Shown here: piece by piece, positions 49,210 through 58,672 of the stretch
How the letters are laid out: each line of letters begins with the position of its first letter
Numbering within the stretch: position 1 is the stretch's first letter
Assembly: GCA_041392475.1 (NCBI GenBank)
Contig: JAWKLZ010000003.1
Coordinates: 853,067-917,066 of the forward strand
Length of the DNA: 64,000 nucleotides
Reading direction: 5' to 3'
Source of the DNA: Chitinophagales bacterium
GTDB taxonomy: Bacteria; Bacteroidota; Bacteroidia; Chitinophagales; UBA2359
Notes under the pieces: generated by a model
The model's input: the letters and a program-made list of their open reading frames with translations, nothing else
Told to the model about the DNA's origin: nothing
Databases searched by the model: none
Translations under genes and position numbers: made by a program

Positions 49210-50526
49210 ATGCGTATTTTTACCTTCCTAACTGCACTATTTTTCCTTCAAATAATATCAGCGCAAATACCTACTGTTGAAGCGATTGACCAATATCTTC
49301 AAAAAGACTATGGCTTCCTCGAAACGCTTTATAAACACTTTCACCAAAACCCCGAATTATCTTTTTTGGAAGAAAAGACGGCTGCACGATTGGCGAAAGA
49401 ATTGAAGGAAATAGGTTTCGATGTTACCGAAAAAGTGGGCGGACATGGCGTTGTGGGCGTATTGAAGAATGGAGAGGGGCCAACAATTTTGGTGCGGGCC
49501 GATATGGACGCTTTGCCGATTATGGAAGAAACGGGTTTGGATCATGCAAGCAAGGTGAAAATGACCGACATTACGGGCGATGAGGTTTCGGTGATGCACG
49601 CTTGCGGTCACGATATGCACATGACCGTTTGGATGGGTGCAGCAAGGGCTTTGGCGAAGATGAAAGACCATTGGAAAGGGACTGTTTTGTTTATCGGACA
49701 ACCTGCCGAAGAGCGTGGAAGTGGGGCGAGAAATATGTTGAAGGAAGGGCTTTTTGATAAATTTCCAGTGCCTGATTATGGGGTAGCTTTGCACGTTCAC
49801 GCCGAAATGCCTACGGGAAGTATTGGGTATTGTCCTGAGTTTTCGATGGCGAATGTGGATATGATGAATATCAAGGTTTTTGGAGAAGGGGGGCATGGAG
49901 CTTATCCGCATACAACGATTGACCCTGTAGTGTTGGCTGCCAAAATTATCGTGGATATTCAGACGATTGTAAGTCGTGAAATTTCGCCACTTGAGCCTGC
50001 TGTTGTGACGGTCGGTTCTATTCACGGTGGTACGAAGGGCAATGTGATTCCCAATGAAGTAGAACTGAAATTGACTTTGCGCTCTTATACGGATGAAGTA
50101 CGTCAGGCATTGATTGACAAAATCAAATTGAAGTGCAAAGCGGCTGCAATGGCGGCAGGTTTGGCGGAGGATAAATATCCAGAAGTCACTTTGAGGGATG
50201 AATTTACACCTGCTTTATACAATGATCCAAAATTGACGAGTCGCATTGCAGAGGTGTTTGTGGAGAATTTTGGCAAGGAAAAGGTTCACCGTCAAGCTCC
50301 TGTGATGGGAGGTGAAGATTTTGGAATGTATGGACGAACGGATGCCAAAATTCCAATTTTTATGTATCGTTTGGGAACGATTAATGTGCAACGTTTTGAG
50401 GAATATCAAGCGGGAAACAAACAATTGCCATCGCTTCATTCCTCTAAGTTTTCACCTGACATTGAGCCAAGTATCAAAACGGGGGTGAAGAGTATGGTGT
50501 TGGCAGTTTTGGAGTTGTTGGATTAG
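49210..50526 (+). CDS. M20D family amidohydrolase (aminoacylase/hippurate-hydrolase-like) with signal peptide
   Basis: HACGHDMH metal-binding motif, E-E pair (PAEERGSGA), signal peptide MRIFTFLTALFFLQIISAQ. Start trimmed to the signal-peptide Met. Confidence 0.8.
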   Translation: MRIFTFLTALFFLQIISAQIPTVEAIDQYLQKDYGFLETLYKHFHQNPELSFLEEKTAARLAKELKEIGFDVTEKVGGHGVVGVLKNGEGPTILVRADMDALPIMEETGLDHASKVKMTDITGDEVSVMHACGHDMHMTVWMGAARALAKMKDHWKGTVLFIGQPAEERGSGARNMLKEGLFDKFPVPDYGVALHVHAEMPTGSIGYCPEFSMANVDMMNIKVFGEGGHGAYPHTTIDPVVLAAKIIVDIQTIVSREISPLEPAVVTVGSIHGGTKGNVIPNEVELKLTLRSYTDEVRQALIDKIKLKCKAAAMAAGLAEDKYPEVTLRDEFTPALYNDPKLTSRIAEVFVENFGKEKVHRQAPVMGGEDFGMYGRTDAKIPIFMYRLGTINVQRFEEYQAGNKQLPSLHSSKFSPDIEPSIKTGVKSMVLAVLELLD

Positions 50527-50528
50527 AT

Positions 50529-50879
50529 TTACAAACCGACTCGAATCTTCCCATCGACCAGCACTTCGGTTTGTTTCAATACCTTATAACTGTATTCCCC
50601 TTTTGCTAATTCGCTGCGTTTCAGAGCCAAAACATTGGAACTAAGATCGTTTTTTTCAAAAACTACCTCACCTTTTTTATCGTACATTTCCAAGGTGGCA
50701 TCTTCTAAAGATACAGCAAATTTTAAAACTGCTTGATCCTCAAGTGGATTGGGGTAGATATGAAAGTTGGTATGGCAGTTCACATCATCACTGTCCATAC
50801 ATTTGCCATCAATAAAAGAAACAACCGAAAAAACAATCAAACTATGTAGGGCAAAAATAATTGCAAAAATCTCTTTCAT
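50529..50879 (-). CDS. small secreted protein consisting mainly of a T9SS C-terminal sorting domain
   Basis: N-terminal hydrophobic signal, IYPNPLEDQAVLKF...KGEYSYKVL CTD-like segment. 116 aa. Confidence 0.5.
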   Translation of the reverse strand: MKEIFAIIFALHSLIVFSVVSFIDGKCMDSDDVNCHTNFHIYPNPLEDQAVLKFAVSLEDATLEMYDKKGEVVFEKNDLSSNVLALKRSELAKGEYSYKVLKQTEVLVDGKIRVGL

Positions 50880-51214
50880 GATAATAAAATCTAAAAAACA
50901 TTAAATAAGAAAACCCATTCAAAATGTCTATAACCAAATCCTACTGCAAATCTCTGAATTTTCTTCCGAATAAAATAAAACAATTTTTGAGGATTGTTAG
51001 ACGCTTTTCGGTGTTTTTTTTAATGATTTTTTTACTTAAAATGCTTTTAATCATGTTTTTAATTCAAAAATAAAAAGAGAGTTTGTTCATTCTTTTCTCG
51101 CTAAATAAAGGTGAAATTTAGCTTTATAATATCAAAAAAATGTCGTTTTTGAGGCATAACACTATCCTCCATTCTATTTAATTCCTATTTTCGGCGATTA
51201 TTAAAAATCCTCCA

Positions 51215-53830
51215 ATGATGAAAAGAATTTTTTTACTATTGTATTTATTTTTTTGTTGCGCCTTATCTATTGAAGCACAAAACGAACTGAGTCTTGAATA
51301 TTATTTGCCTAAAGATGTCAGCTACAATGAAAATATCCCTACACCCGAATCCATTTTAGGACACCCCGTTGGGAAATGGCATGTTAGTCATGACAAATTG
51401 GTTTGGTATATGCAAACCATTGCCGCAGCATCGGATAGAATAAGCATAGAAACTTATGCCCGAAGTTATGAAGATAGGCCCCTACTTTTGCTTACTATTA
51501 CCTCTCCAAAAAACCACCAAAATATTGAAGCGATTCGAGAGGCACATCTAAAAAATACCAATCCTGAAACGGCAAAAGATGTGAATATTGAAGAAATGCC
51601 TGTGGTTGTTTATCAAGGATTTAGCATACATGGCAATGAGGCAAGTGGCTCAAATGCGGCTTTAATATTGGTGTATCACTTGGCAGCAGCAGAAGGAAAA
51701 GAGATTGAAGATTTGTTGCAAAATACGGTGATTCTGCTCGATCCCTGCTTCAATCCAGATGGGTTTCACCGTTTTTCGACTTGGGTGAATATGCACAAAA
51801 GTAAAAACTTAGTAGCTGATACAGATAGTCGAGAACTGAACGAACAGTTTCCAAATGGTCGCACCAATCACTATTGGTTTGACCTCAATCGAGATTGGCT
51901 ATTGACCCAACATCCAGAAAGTCAAGGTCGTGTTGAAATTTTTCACCGTTGGAAGCCCAATATCTTGACTGATCACCACGAAATGGGGAGCAATGCCACC
52001 TTCTTTTTTCAGCCAGGAATTCCAGAACGTTTGAATCCAAATATCCCTGCCAAAAACCAAGAGTTGACCTTCAAAATCGGAGAATTTCACGCAAAGGCAT
52101 TGGACAAAATTGGCTCGCTTTATTACACTCAAGAATCTTATGATGATTTTTATGTCGGAAAAGGTTCGACCTATCCCGATGTGCATGGGTCTATCGGTAT
52201 TTTGTTTGAACAAGCAAGTTCGAGAGGGCATTTGCAGCAAACCGAAAATGGTTTGTTGAGTTTTCCGTTCACCATCCGCAACCAATTCAAAACAGCTCTT
52301 TCTACTTTAGAAGCGTCCAATTCGTTGAGAACAGACCTTTTATCATTTCAACAGTCTTTCTTCAAAGAAGCATTTAAGAAAGCCGATCAAGACGGTACAA
52401 AGGCATACATCGTTGCCGCAGGTAAAGACAATGGACGTTTGCGGCATTTCATAGAATGGCTGAATCGCCACCATATTGACGCTTATTATACCCAAAAAAG
52501 CACTTCTGTGGAAGGGAAAAATTTTCCTGAAAAAAGCTTGGTAATTCCCACGAATCAATTGCAGTATTCGCTTATCAAAGCCAGTTTTGAAAAATACACT
52601 TCCTTCAATGACAGCCTGTTTTATGATGTATCGAGTTGGACGTTACCTTTGGCCTTCAATTTGGACTACGCCGCACTTGATAAACGTGCATTGGGACGGG
52701 ATTTGATGGGTGAAAAAATGCCTAATTCCCTACGCACCATGCCCAAAAGAAAAATCATTGGGGATAAAAGTGAGTATGCCTACGTTTTTAGATGGGACGA
52801 ATATTATGCTCCCAAGATGCTCTATGCTTTGCTGAAAAAAGGCATGATTGCGAAAGTTGCCTCCCAACCTTTTGGCATCGAAACAGCCGATGGTTTTCAG
52901 CAATTTGACTACGGAACGATTCTGATTCCTGTTGGCAACAATCAAGAACAATTTATTGACGGGGAGAATTTGCGGATACTACTTGAAGCAGAAAGTGCTC
53001 AAAATGGTATTGAAGTCTATGCCTTATCTACAGGATTGACTCCAAATGGTGCAGATTTGGGAAGCCGTACATTTGAGCGTTTGCGCTTGCCGAAGATATT
53101 GATGGTAGTTGGTAAGGGCGTTTCGGGGTATGATGCAGGTGAAATATGGCATTTGCTCGACCAGCGTTTTGATATCGAAATCACCTTAGTCGACTCTAAT
53201 GAATTCAATGGAATAAACTTAGATTCCTACAATACTTTGGTGCTCTCACATGGTAGTTACGGTTTGATCAATACGCTCGACCTGCAACAATGGCTCAAAA
53301 AAGGGAATACTTTGATAACAATGCGGGGTGCATCAAAATGGGCAAGTGACCAAAAAATCTCCAATGCGGTCTTCAAAGAAAATGGGCCTGATGAGGACAA
53401 TACGGTTAGAAAACCCTACAATGAAGCAGCGCAAAGATTTGGAGCACAGTATATTGGAGGCGCAATTTTTGAAGCCAATTTGGACTTGACTCATCCTTTA
53501 GCTTATGGTTATTCAAAAGCCAATATTCCTGTTTTTAGAAGAGATACTCACTTTATGGAACCTACCAAAAACGACTATGCCATGCCGCTTCAATACACAA
53601 GCAAACCTTTGATAAGTGGTTATATCTCAAAGCCTAACTTACAGCAATTAGCGAAAAGTGCTGCAATTGTGGTGAACGGTGTTGGGCAAGGGCGAGTGAT
53701 TTCGATGGCTGATAATCCGAACTTTCGGGCTTATTGGTACGGTACGAATAAGTTGTTTTTGAATGGAATTTTCTTTGGACATACTATTGAGGGAGGTACT
53801 TTGGAGTATCGTAGTAAGGAGAAGGAGTAA
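51215..53830 (+). CDS. M14 family zinc carboxypeptidase, secreted, with large C-terminal extension
   Basis: Signal peptide and HGNEASG (HxxE zinc site) about 140 residues from the N-terminus. 871 aa. Confidence 0.75.
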   Translation: MMKRIFLLLYLFFCCALSIEAQNELSLEYYLPKDVSYNENIPTPESILGHPVGKWHVSHDKLVWYMQTIAAASDRISIETYARSYEDRPLLLLTITSPKNHQNIEAIREAHLKNTNPETAKDVNIEEMPVVVYQGFSIHGNEASGSNAALILVYHLAAAEGKEIEDLLQNTVILLDPCFNPDGFHRFSTWVNMHKSKNLVADTDSRELNEQFPNGRTNHYWFDLNRDWLLTQHPESQGRVEIFHRWKPNILTDHHEMGSNATFFFQPGIPERLNPNIPAKNQELTFKIGEFHAKALDKIGSLYYTQESYDDFYVGKGSTYPDVHGSIGILFEQASSRGHLQQTENGLLSFPFTIRNQFKTALSTLEASNSLRTDLLSFQQSFFKEAFKKADQDGTKAYIVAAGKDNGRLRHFIEWLNRHHIDAYYTQKSTSVEGKNFPEKSLVIPTNQLQYSLIKASFEKYTSFNDSLFYDVSSWTLPLAFNLDYAALDKRALGRDLMGEKMPNSLRTMPKRKIIGDKSEYAYVFRWDEYYAPKMLYALLKKGMIAKVASQPFGIETADGFQQFDYGTILIPVGNNQEQFIDGENLRILLEAESAQNGIEVYALSTGLTPNGADLGSRTFERLRLPKILMVVGKGVSGYDAGEIWHLLDQRFDIEITLVDSNEFNGINLDSYNTLVLSHGSYGLINTLDLQQWLKKGNTLITMRGASKWASDQKISNAVFKENGPDEDNTVRKPYNEAAQRFGAQYIGGAIFEANLDLTHPLAYGYSKANIPVFRRDTHFMEPTKNDYAMPLQYTSKPLISGYISKPNLQQLAKSAAIVVNGVGQGRVISMADNPNFRAYWYGTNKLFLNGIFFGHTIEGGTLEYRSKEKE

Positions 53831-53842
53831 ATATTTTCACTT

Positions 53843-54088
53843 ATGCCTTTAGATTTTGTAAATATCCTCGGTATTATTGGAGTCACGAGCATACTCGGTG
53901 CATACTTTCTGAGTCTGTTCCGCAATCTACCAACAGATGGTTATCCTTATTTGGTGATGAACTTTGTAGGGGCAAGTTTGGCATGTATTTCTTCTGTGCT
54001 GATTGGTTATGTGCCATTTGTGATTTTGGAGGGAACTTGGGCAGTGGTTTCGTTGGTAGCATTGGTGAGGAAGGTTCGCAACAAATAA
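53843..54088 (+). CDS. small membrane protein (2 TM helices)
   Basis: 81 aa with two hydrophobic helices. Tightly follows the M14 gene. Confidence 0.45.
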   Translation: MPLDFVNILGIIGVTSILGAYFLSLFRNLPTDGYPYLVMNFVGASLACISSVLIGYVPFVILEGTWAVVSLVALVRKVRNK

Positions 54089-54153
54089 AGCACAAAAGGC
54101 AAATACCTCGAAAGATATTTGCCTTTGATAAAACACTGTATAGATTGGTAAAA

Positions 54154-55530
54154 TCACTCCAAAATCGCCTTCCGACTCACCAACACCCCATCATAATCCA
54201 CCACCAAAAAGTACACGCCCGATTGCAGTTTCGACAAATCCAATTGAAGTACATTTTGAGGCGACAATTCCTCAACTGTCCAATTTTTCTCTAAACCTCC
54301 AACCAAGTTATACAATTGAAGGGAGTGAACTTTTTGAAGGTCAGGTATTCGTACAGATAAGTGATTTTTTGCAGGATTGGGAAACATTTCAATAGAATCA
54401 TTTACAAGGCTTTCTCGAATATCAGTTACAATCACTGTGTCTGCTGTAGGAAAAACGGGAATTTCGGTTTCGTTGGCACTGATTGCTCGGATGTTGCTGA
54501 TGGTAACGGTCAAATCTTGTTGAGCAGATTTCTTTCCTGCAATGTTGTCAATGATACCCGTCAAAGTTCCAATCGTGCCATATCCTGTTTGATTCGTTAG
54601 GTCAATTCGGGTAATTGCCACATCAATCGCTCCTTCTTCTCCAAAAGGCTGTGATAAAGTGATCAAGTTGCTTCCTTCAGTTCCCAACCAACATTCTTCA
54701 AAGGTGACCGCTACACTTTCGGGGGCGACCAATTCACTGTCAAAATTCACCGTAAAAGCAATACCATATACATTCGTTGCAGGAATTTCGGCTGTTCCAA
54801 AGATAATAGGAGCAGTCAAGCTGTCGCCTTGATTAAGGTCAGAATCGGGCAGTTCTACATACAAAGGAGTATCGTCAGAGCTACCGCTATTACTCGATTT
54901 CTTGGCATGAGTTTCGCCGTAGTTTTGGATAATACCCTCTATGTCATTTAAAAGAATTTCACCATCTCCATTGCAGTCTATGTGTCTGTAATTTACCCCA
55001 TCAGCCAAAGTATCTGTCCAGTCATCTGCTACTTGACCTACCCATGCCAAGGTAGGGTTGACACGTGGACTCCCCGTATTTCCGTAAGCTATCCCTATTG
55101 GTAATAAATCAAAATTATTGGCGATGCCATCGTTGTTGGTATCACCAGGCCAAACATCGCCTATATCATTAGAGCAAGGGTCAGAATTTGCACAATCGAT
55201 AAAACCTTCACAGGGCTCATTGCAAACTCCTTGCACAATAACTAACCTTTGTTGTGAGGTACAATTGCCATCCGAATCAACTACCGAATAATTAACAATA
55301 TAGGCTCCTTGCATTGAAGTACACACACAATCTTCTGTTATTTCTACTGGTAGTGTACCGTCTTCTACATCAAAAGCTATTGCCCCAAACTCAATATAAT
55401 CCACTCCGCAAGAATAGACAACAGGAGAGGGGCCAATAATAGTTATTGTAGGAGGATTATTGTCCTGCTGTCCAAAAAGTGTTATTGAAAAAAGTAGTAA
55501 AAAATATTGAAAGGTGAATAGATGCCTCAT
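54154..55530 (-). CDS. secreted protein with dockerin-like Ca-binding repeat and T9SS C-terminal sorting domain
   Basis: Signal peptide MRHLFTFQYFLLLFSITLFGQQ. GDTNNDGIANNFDLL dockerin-like repeat. C-terminal FPNPAKNHLSV...GVYFLVV CTD. Confidence 0.65.
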   Translation of the reverse strand: MRHLFTFQYFLLLFSITLFGQQDNNPPTITIIGPSPVVYSCGVDYIEFGAIAFDVEDGTLPVEITEDCVCTSMQGAYIVNYSVVDSDGNCTSQQRLVIVQGVCNEPCEGFIDCANSDPCSNDIGDVWPGDTNNDGIANNFDLLPIGIAYGNTGSPRVNPTLAWVGQVADDWTDTLADGVNYRHIDCNGDGEILLNDIEGIIQNYGETHAKKSSNSGSSDDTPLYVELPDSDLNQGDSLTAPIIFGTAEIPATNVYGIAFTVNFDSELVAPESVAVTFEECWLGTEGSNLITLSQPFGEEGAIDVAITRIDLTNQTGYGTIGTLTGIIDNIAGKKSAQQDLTVTISNIRAISANETEIPVFPTADTVIVTDIRESLVNDSIEMFPNPAKNHLSVRIPDLQKVHSLQLYNLVGGLEKNWTVEELSPQNVLQLDLSKLQSGVYFLVVDYDGVLVSRKAILE

Positions 55531-55749
55531 AAAATTTGCTTTTTTATTAATATTGATAAAATTTTGCCTAACGCATACAAATATGCTGCAAAACAATACC
55601 TTACCCAAAGACTTTTGAGCTAAAAAATTGGAAAATTTTTTTTCAGGAAATGTCATAAATAAAAAATAAAACACTATAATTCAGATTGTTAAAATGATAT
55701 TTATATAATAAAAAATTGGAAAAAATTATTTTAAATTCGGTATTTCACC

Positions 55750-57204
55750 ATGCAAAACTCCAAACTCCTTAAATTGCTCCAAACATTCGACCAATCCACT
55801 ATCACCCGTTGGCGGCAATTTGCCCATTCACCCTACCACAACAAACACCAAGATGTCCAAACCTTATGTGATTATCTACACCAAGTTTACCCAAAATTGG
55901 AGGGCAAAAAAGTAGAGCGCAAGCAATTATTTTTGAAGGTTTGGGGCAAAAACATCCCATTCAATCAAAACAAAATCAATGTGTTGTTTAGCTACACTTT
56001 GAGCGTGACCGAAGATTTTTTGGTACATGAGCGGTTCCAACAAGAAACAGACGCTCAACACATTCACCTCCTCGAACAACTTCGCCAACGCCAACAGCAA
56101 CAACGCTACAAACACCACCTCCAAAAAATCGAAGAATATTGGCAAAAAGCTCCTGTCCGAAACCGAGATTATTATCACTTTCAATTTCGTTTGGCAGTCG
56201 AAAAAGACAGTTATTACAACCAATTGTCGCAACACAGCGACCAAAGCATTCAACAAAAACAAGACAGCCTAGATATTTTTTACCTTTCCGAAAAACTGCG
56301 GGATGCCTGTGAAATGAGTTTGCGAAACCAACTCTTGCAAGTTGATTATTCGGTGCATTTGTTGGAGGCTATCTTGACTGAAATTCGCCAGCATCCCGAA
56401 AAATACCAAACGATTCCGTCCATCATGGTCTATTTTCAGATTTACCAGATGATAACCCAACAAGATTCGACCTTCTATTTTGAATTGATACAAGTCCTTC
56501 AAAAACACCTCACTGCTTTCCCAAAAGAAGAACTCCGCAGCATTTATGCCTATGCCCAAAACTACTGCATTGGTCAAATCAACAAAGGAGAAGATACGTT
56601 TTTGGGGGAACTGTTTGAACTCTACAAAACCCAATTGCAGAACGATTTACTGCTCGAAAAGGGGCATTTATCAGAGTGGCACTACAAAAACATTGTGACC
56701 GTTGGGTTGCGCTTGAAGGCGTTTGAATGGGTAGCTGATTTCATTGAAGTCTATAAAGAAAAGTTATCTGAACAATCGCGTGAAAATGCCTATCGCTTCA
56801 ACAAGGCGACTTATTGTTATGCTGTCGAACAATACGATGAGGTGCTGCAATTACTGCTGACCGTAGAATATTCAGACATTCGTTACAGCCTCGATGCCAA
56901 ATCTTTGTTACTCAAATCCTACTACGATTTGAAGGAACACCAAACTTTGTATGCGCTTTGTGATGCTTTTCGCCAATACTTGAAGCGCAACAAAGAGATT
57001 TCGGATTTTCGGAAAGAAGGGTACTACAATTTGTTGAAGTTCACCCAAAAAGCAGCCCGCATTCAAGCAGAAATTGGTTTTGAAGCAAGGGATAAATTGA
57101 AGGATGAAGTTATCAAATTACAGGAAGAAATAGCAGCTACACAGACGATTTTTAATGTGGGTTGGTTGGAATCGAGGGTGGAAATTTTGGTTTCAATCAC
57201 TTAG
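55750..57204 (+). CDS. Gln-rich hypothetical protein whose current C-terminus (residues after ...ESRV) derives from an insertion event
   Basis: 484 aa, helical composition. The 3' end overlaps the convergent Uma2 gene by 12 bp. See the 65-bp direct repeat. Confidence 0.6.
   Translation: MQNSKLLKLLQTFDQSTITRWRQFAHSPYHNKHQDVQTLCDYLHQVYPKLEGKKVERKQLFLKVWGKNIPFNQNKINVLFSYTLSVTEDFLVHERFQQETDAQHIHLLEQLRQRQQQQRYKHHLQKIEEYWQKAPVRNRDYYHFQFRLAVEKDSYYNQLSQHSDQSIQQKQDSLDIFYLSEKLRDACEMSLRNQLLQVDYSVHLLEAILTEIRQHPEKYQTIPSIMVYFQIYQMITQQDSTFYFELIQVLQKHLTAFPKEELRSIYAYAQNYCIGQINKGEDTFLGELFELYKTQLQNDLLLEKGHLSEWHYKNIVTVGLRLKAFEWVADFIEVYKEKLSEQSRENAYRFNKATYCYAVEQYDEVLQLLLTVEYSDIRYSLDAKSLLLKSYYDLKEHQTLYALCDAFRQYLKRNKEISDFRKEGYYNLLKFTQKAARIQAEIGFEARDKLKDEVIKLQEEIAATQTIFNVGWLESRVEILVSIT
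57115..57179. repeat. 65-bp direct repeat, copy 1 (3' coding end of 55750..57204)
   Basis: aaattacaggaagaaatagcagctacacagacgatttttaatgtgggttggttggaatcgagggt is identical to 57873..57937. Confidence 0.9.
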
Positions 57205-57807
57205 ATCATCTTCTTCCTCCTTCAATGTAATGCCCTCATAAATCGCTGAGAGCAAAACCTCTAAGCCCAAAGCATGTACCTTCAATAAATCTGTAGTTTT
57301 GTCCATCCATTCATAAATCCATTGTTCGTGTTCATTTTTGTAGAAAGTTTCCACGAGGTATTGTTTTTGGTGGATAAAAACACATTGCTGCATAGACTCA
57401 ATGCGTTGATATTGAAAGAATTTTTTGGTTCTATCGTATTTAGCAGTGGAGTCCGACAAGACTTCAAAAACCACAATCGGATATTTTACCAAAAGAGGAT
57501 CTTCTGCATCTCTCTCATCACAGGTAACAACTACATCGGGATAGGCATAGTTGTGATTTTGCCGCAGTTGGGTCATGATACTTTCTGCATAAACCTTGCA
57601 GCTTTTCCCTTTTAATTGCTGCTTCAACTCCAACGTAATATTGAATACTATTTCATTGTGAATTTTAGTGGTTGCAATGGGTGGATAAAGGTGTCCATCG
57701 TGAAAATCATTGCGTTCCTCTTGAGTTTTCTCCAATTCGAAGTATTCTTCTACTGTGTATTTTCGTTTTTCTATGTGTAATTTTTTTGCAGGAGTCATGT
57801 TGTTCAA
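57193..57807 (-). CDS. Uma2-family (DUF820) PD-(D/E)XK-fold putative endonuclease
   Basis: YPDVVVTCDE ... VFEVLSDST ... K pattern typical of Uma2/DUF820. 204 aa. Confidence 0.7.
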   Translation of the reverse strand: MNNMTPAKKLHIEKRKYTVEEYFELEKTQEERNDFHDGHLYPPIATTKIHNEIVFNITLELKQQLKGKSCKVYAESIMTQLRQNHNYAYPDVVVTCDERDAEDPLLVKYPIVVFEVLSDSTAKYDRTKKFFQYQRIESMQQCVFIHQKQYLVETFYKNEHEQWIYEWMDKTTDLLKVHALGLEVLLSAIYEGITLKEEEDDLSD

Positions 57808-57872
57808 ATGGTTTGATTTTACCTTACCGATTCAAACACATATCTGCGCTTTTAGGTTTTGAGTCGATTGCG

Positions 57873-57937
57873 AAATTACAGGAAGAAATAGCAGCTACAC
57901 AGACGATTTTTAATGTGGGTTGGTTGGAATCGAGGGT
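57873..57937. repeat. 65-bp direct repeat, copy 2, followed by the displaced original 3' end (…ESRVAEL stop at 57950)
   Basis: Identical to 57115..57179. It lies inside ORF 57672..57950, whose last 29 aa match the C-terminus of 55750..57204. Confidence 0.9.
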
Positions 57938-58015
57938 TGCAGAATTGTAAAAAAGAATTGACCCCAAAGCAACCTTTTCCCTTACCTTCGCACCATCCGT
58001 AGTAGAAGACAGTGT

Positions 58016-58564
58016 ATGACCGAACAAGCACAACAACAACGACTCATTCAGGCCTGTATATGCGGTGACAGATCTGCCCAAAATCAATTGTATAACGAAC
58101 ACAAATACAAGATGATGGGAGTTTGTTTGCGCTATGCGAAAGACAGAGCAGAAGCGGAAGACATCCTACAAGATGGGTTCTTCAAGGTATTCTGTGATTT
58201 GAAACAGTTTTCAGGCACAGGGCCTTTGGGTGCGTGGATTCGGCGAGTGATGGTCAATACGGCTTTGATGCACATTCGCAAACATAAAAATACGCTTTTT
58301 CCTTCAGTCGAATTGGAAAAAGTGGAATATCAATATGCTTCGGAAGAAGATTTGTTCAGCCGTTTTCGGATGCAGGCACTGGTACAAATGATTCAGCAAT
58401 TGCCTGATGGTTATCGTATGGTTTTTAATATGTATGTGATTGAAGGATATTCACACAAGGAAATTGCCGAACAATTGAATATTTCGGAAAATACCTCAAA
58501 GTCGCAACTATCGAGGGCTAAAATGACGTTAAGACAAATGTTGGAGAAACAGTTGTCAGTTTAG
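58016..58564 (+). CDS. ECF-subfamily RNA polymerase sigma-70 factor
   Basis: Region 2 (ILQDGFFKV, WIRRVMVNTALMHIRK) and region 4 HTH (YSHKEIAEQLNISENTSKSQLSRAK). 182 aa. Confidence 0.85.
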   Translation: MTEQAQQQRLIQACICGDRSAQNQLYNEHKYKMMGVCLRYAKDRAEAEDILQDGFFKVFCDLKQFSGTGPLGAWIRRVMVNTALMHIRKHKNTLFPSVELEKVEYQYASEEDLFSRFRMQALVQMIQQLPDGYRMVFNMYVIEGYSHKEIAEQLNISENTSKSQLSRAKMTLRQMLEKQLSV

Positions 58565-58672
58565 AAAATGCAAACTAAAAAACAAATTCCAATACAAAGA
58601 ATTGATTTTGAGTTTTGAATCCCGATTAAAATGTGGGAGAAGTTTTGCAATTGAATTTACAAAAAGAATTAC

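Noticed and set aside
57672-57950. 92-aa ORF called as an independent gene
   Set aside because: Its C-terminal 29 aa duplicate the end of gene 55750..57204 and the rest is unrelated read-through of the Uma2 promoter region. I interpret it as the displaced original 3' end of the host gene, not a separate gene. It is kept as a finding.
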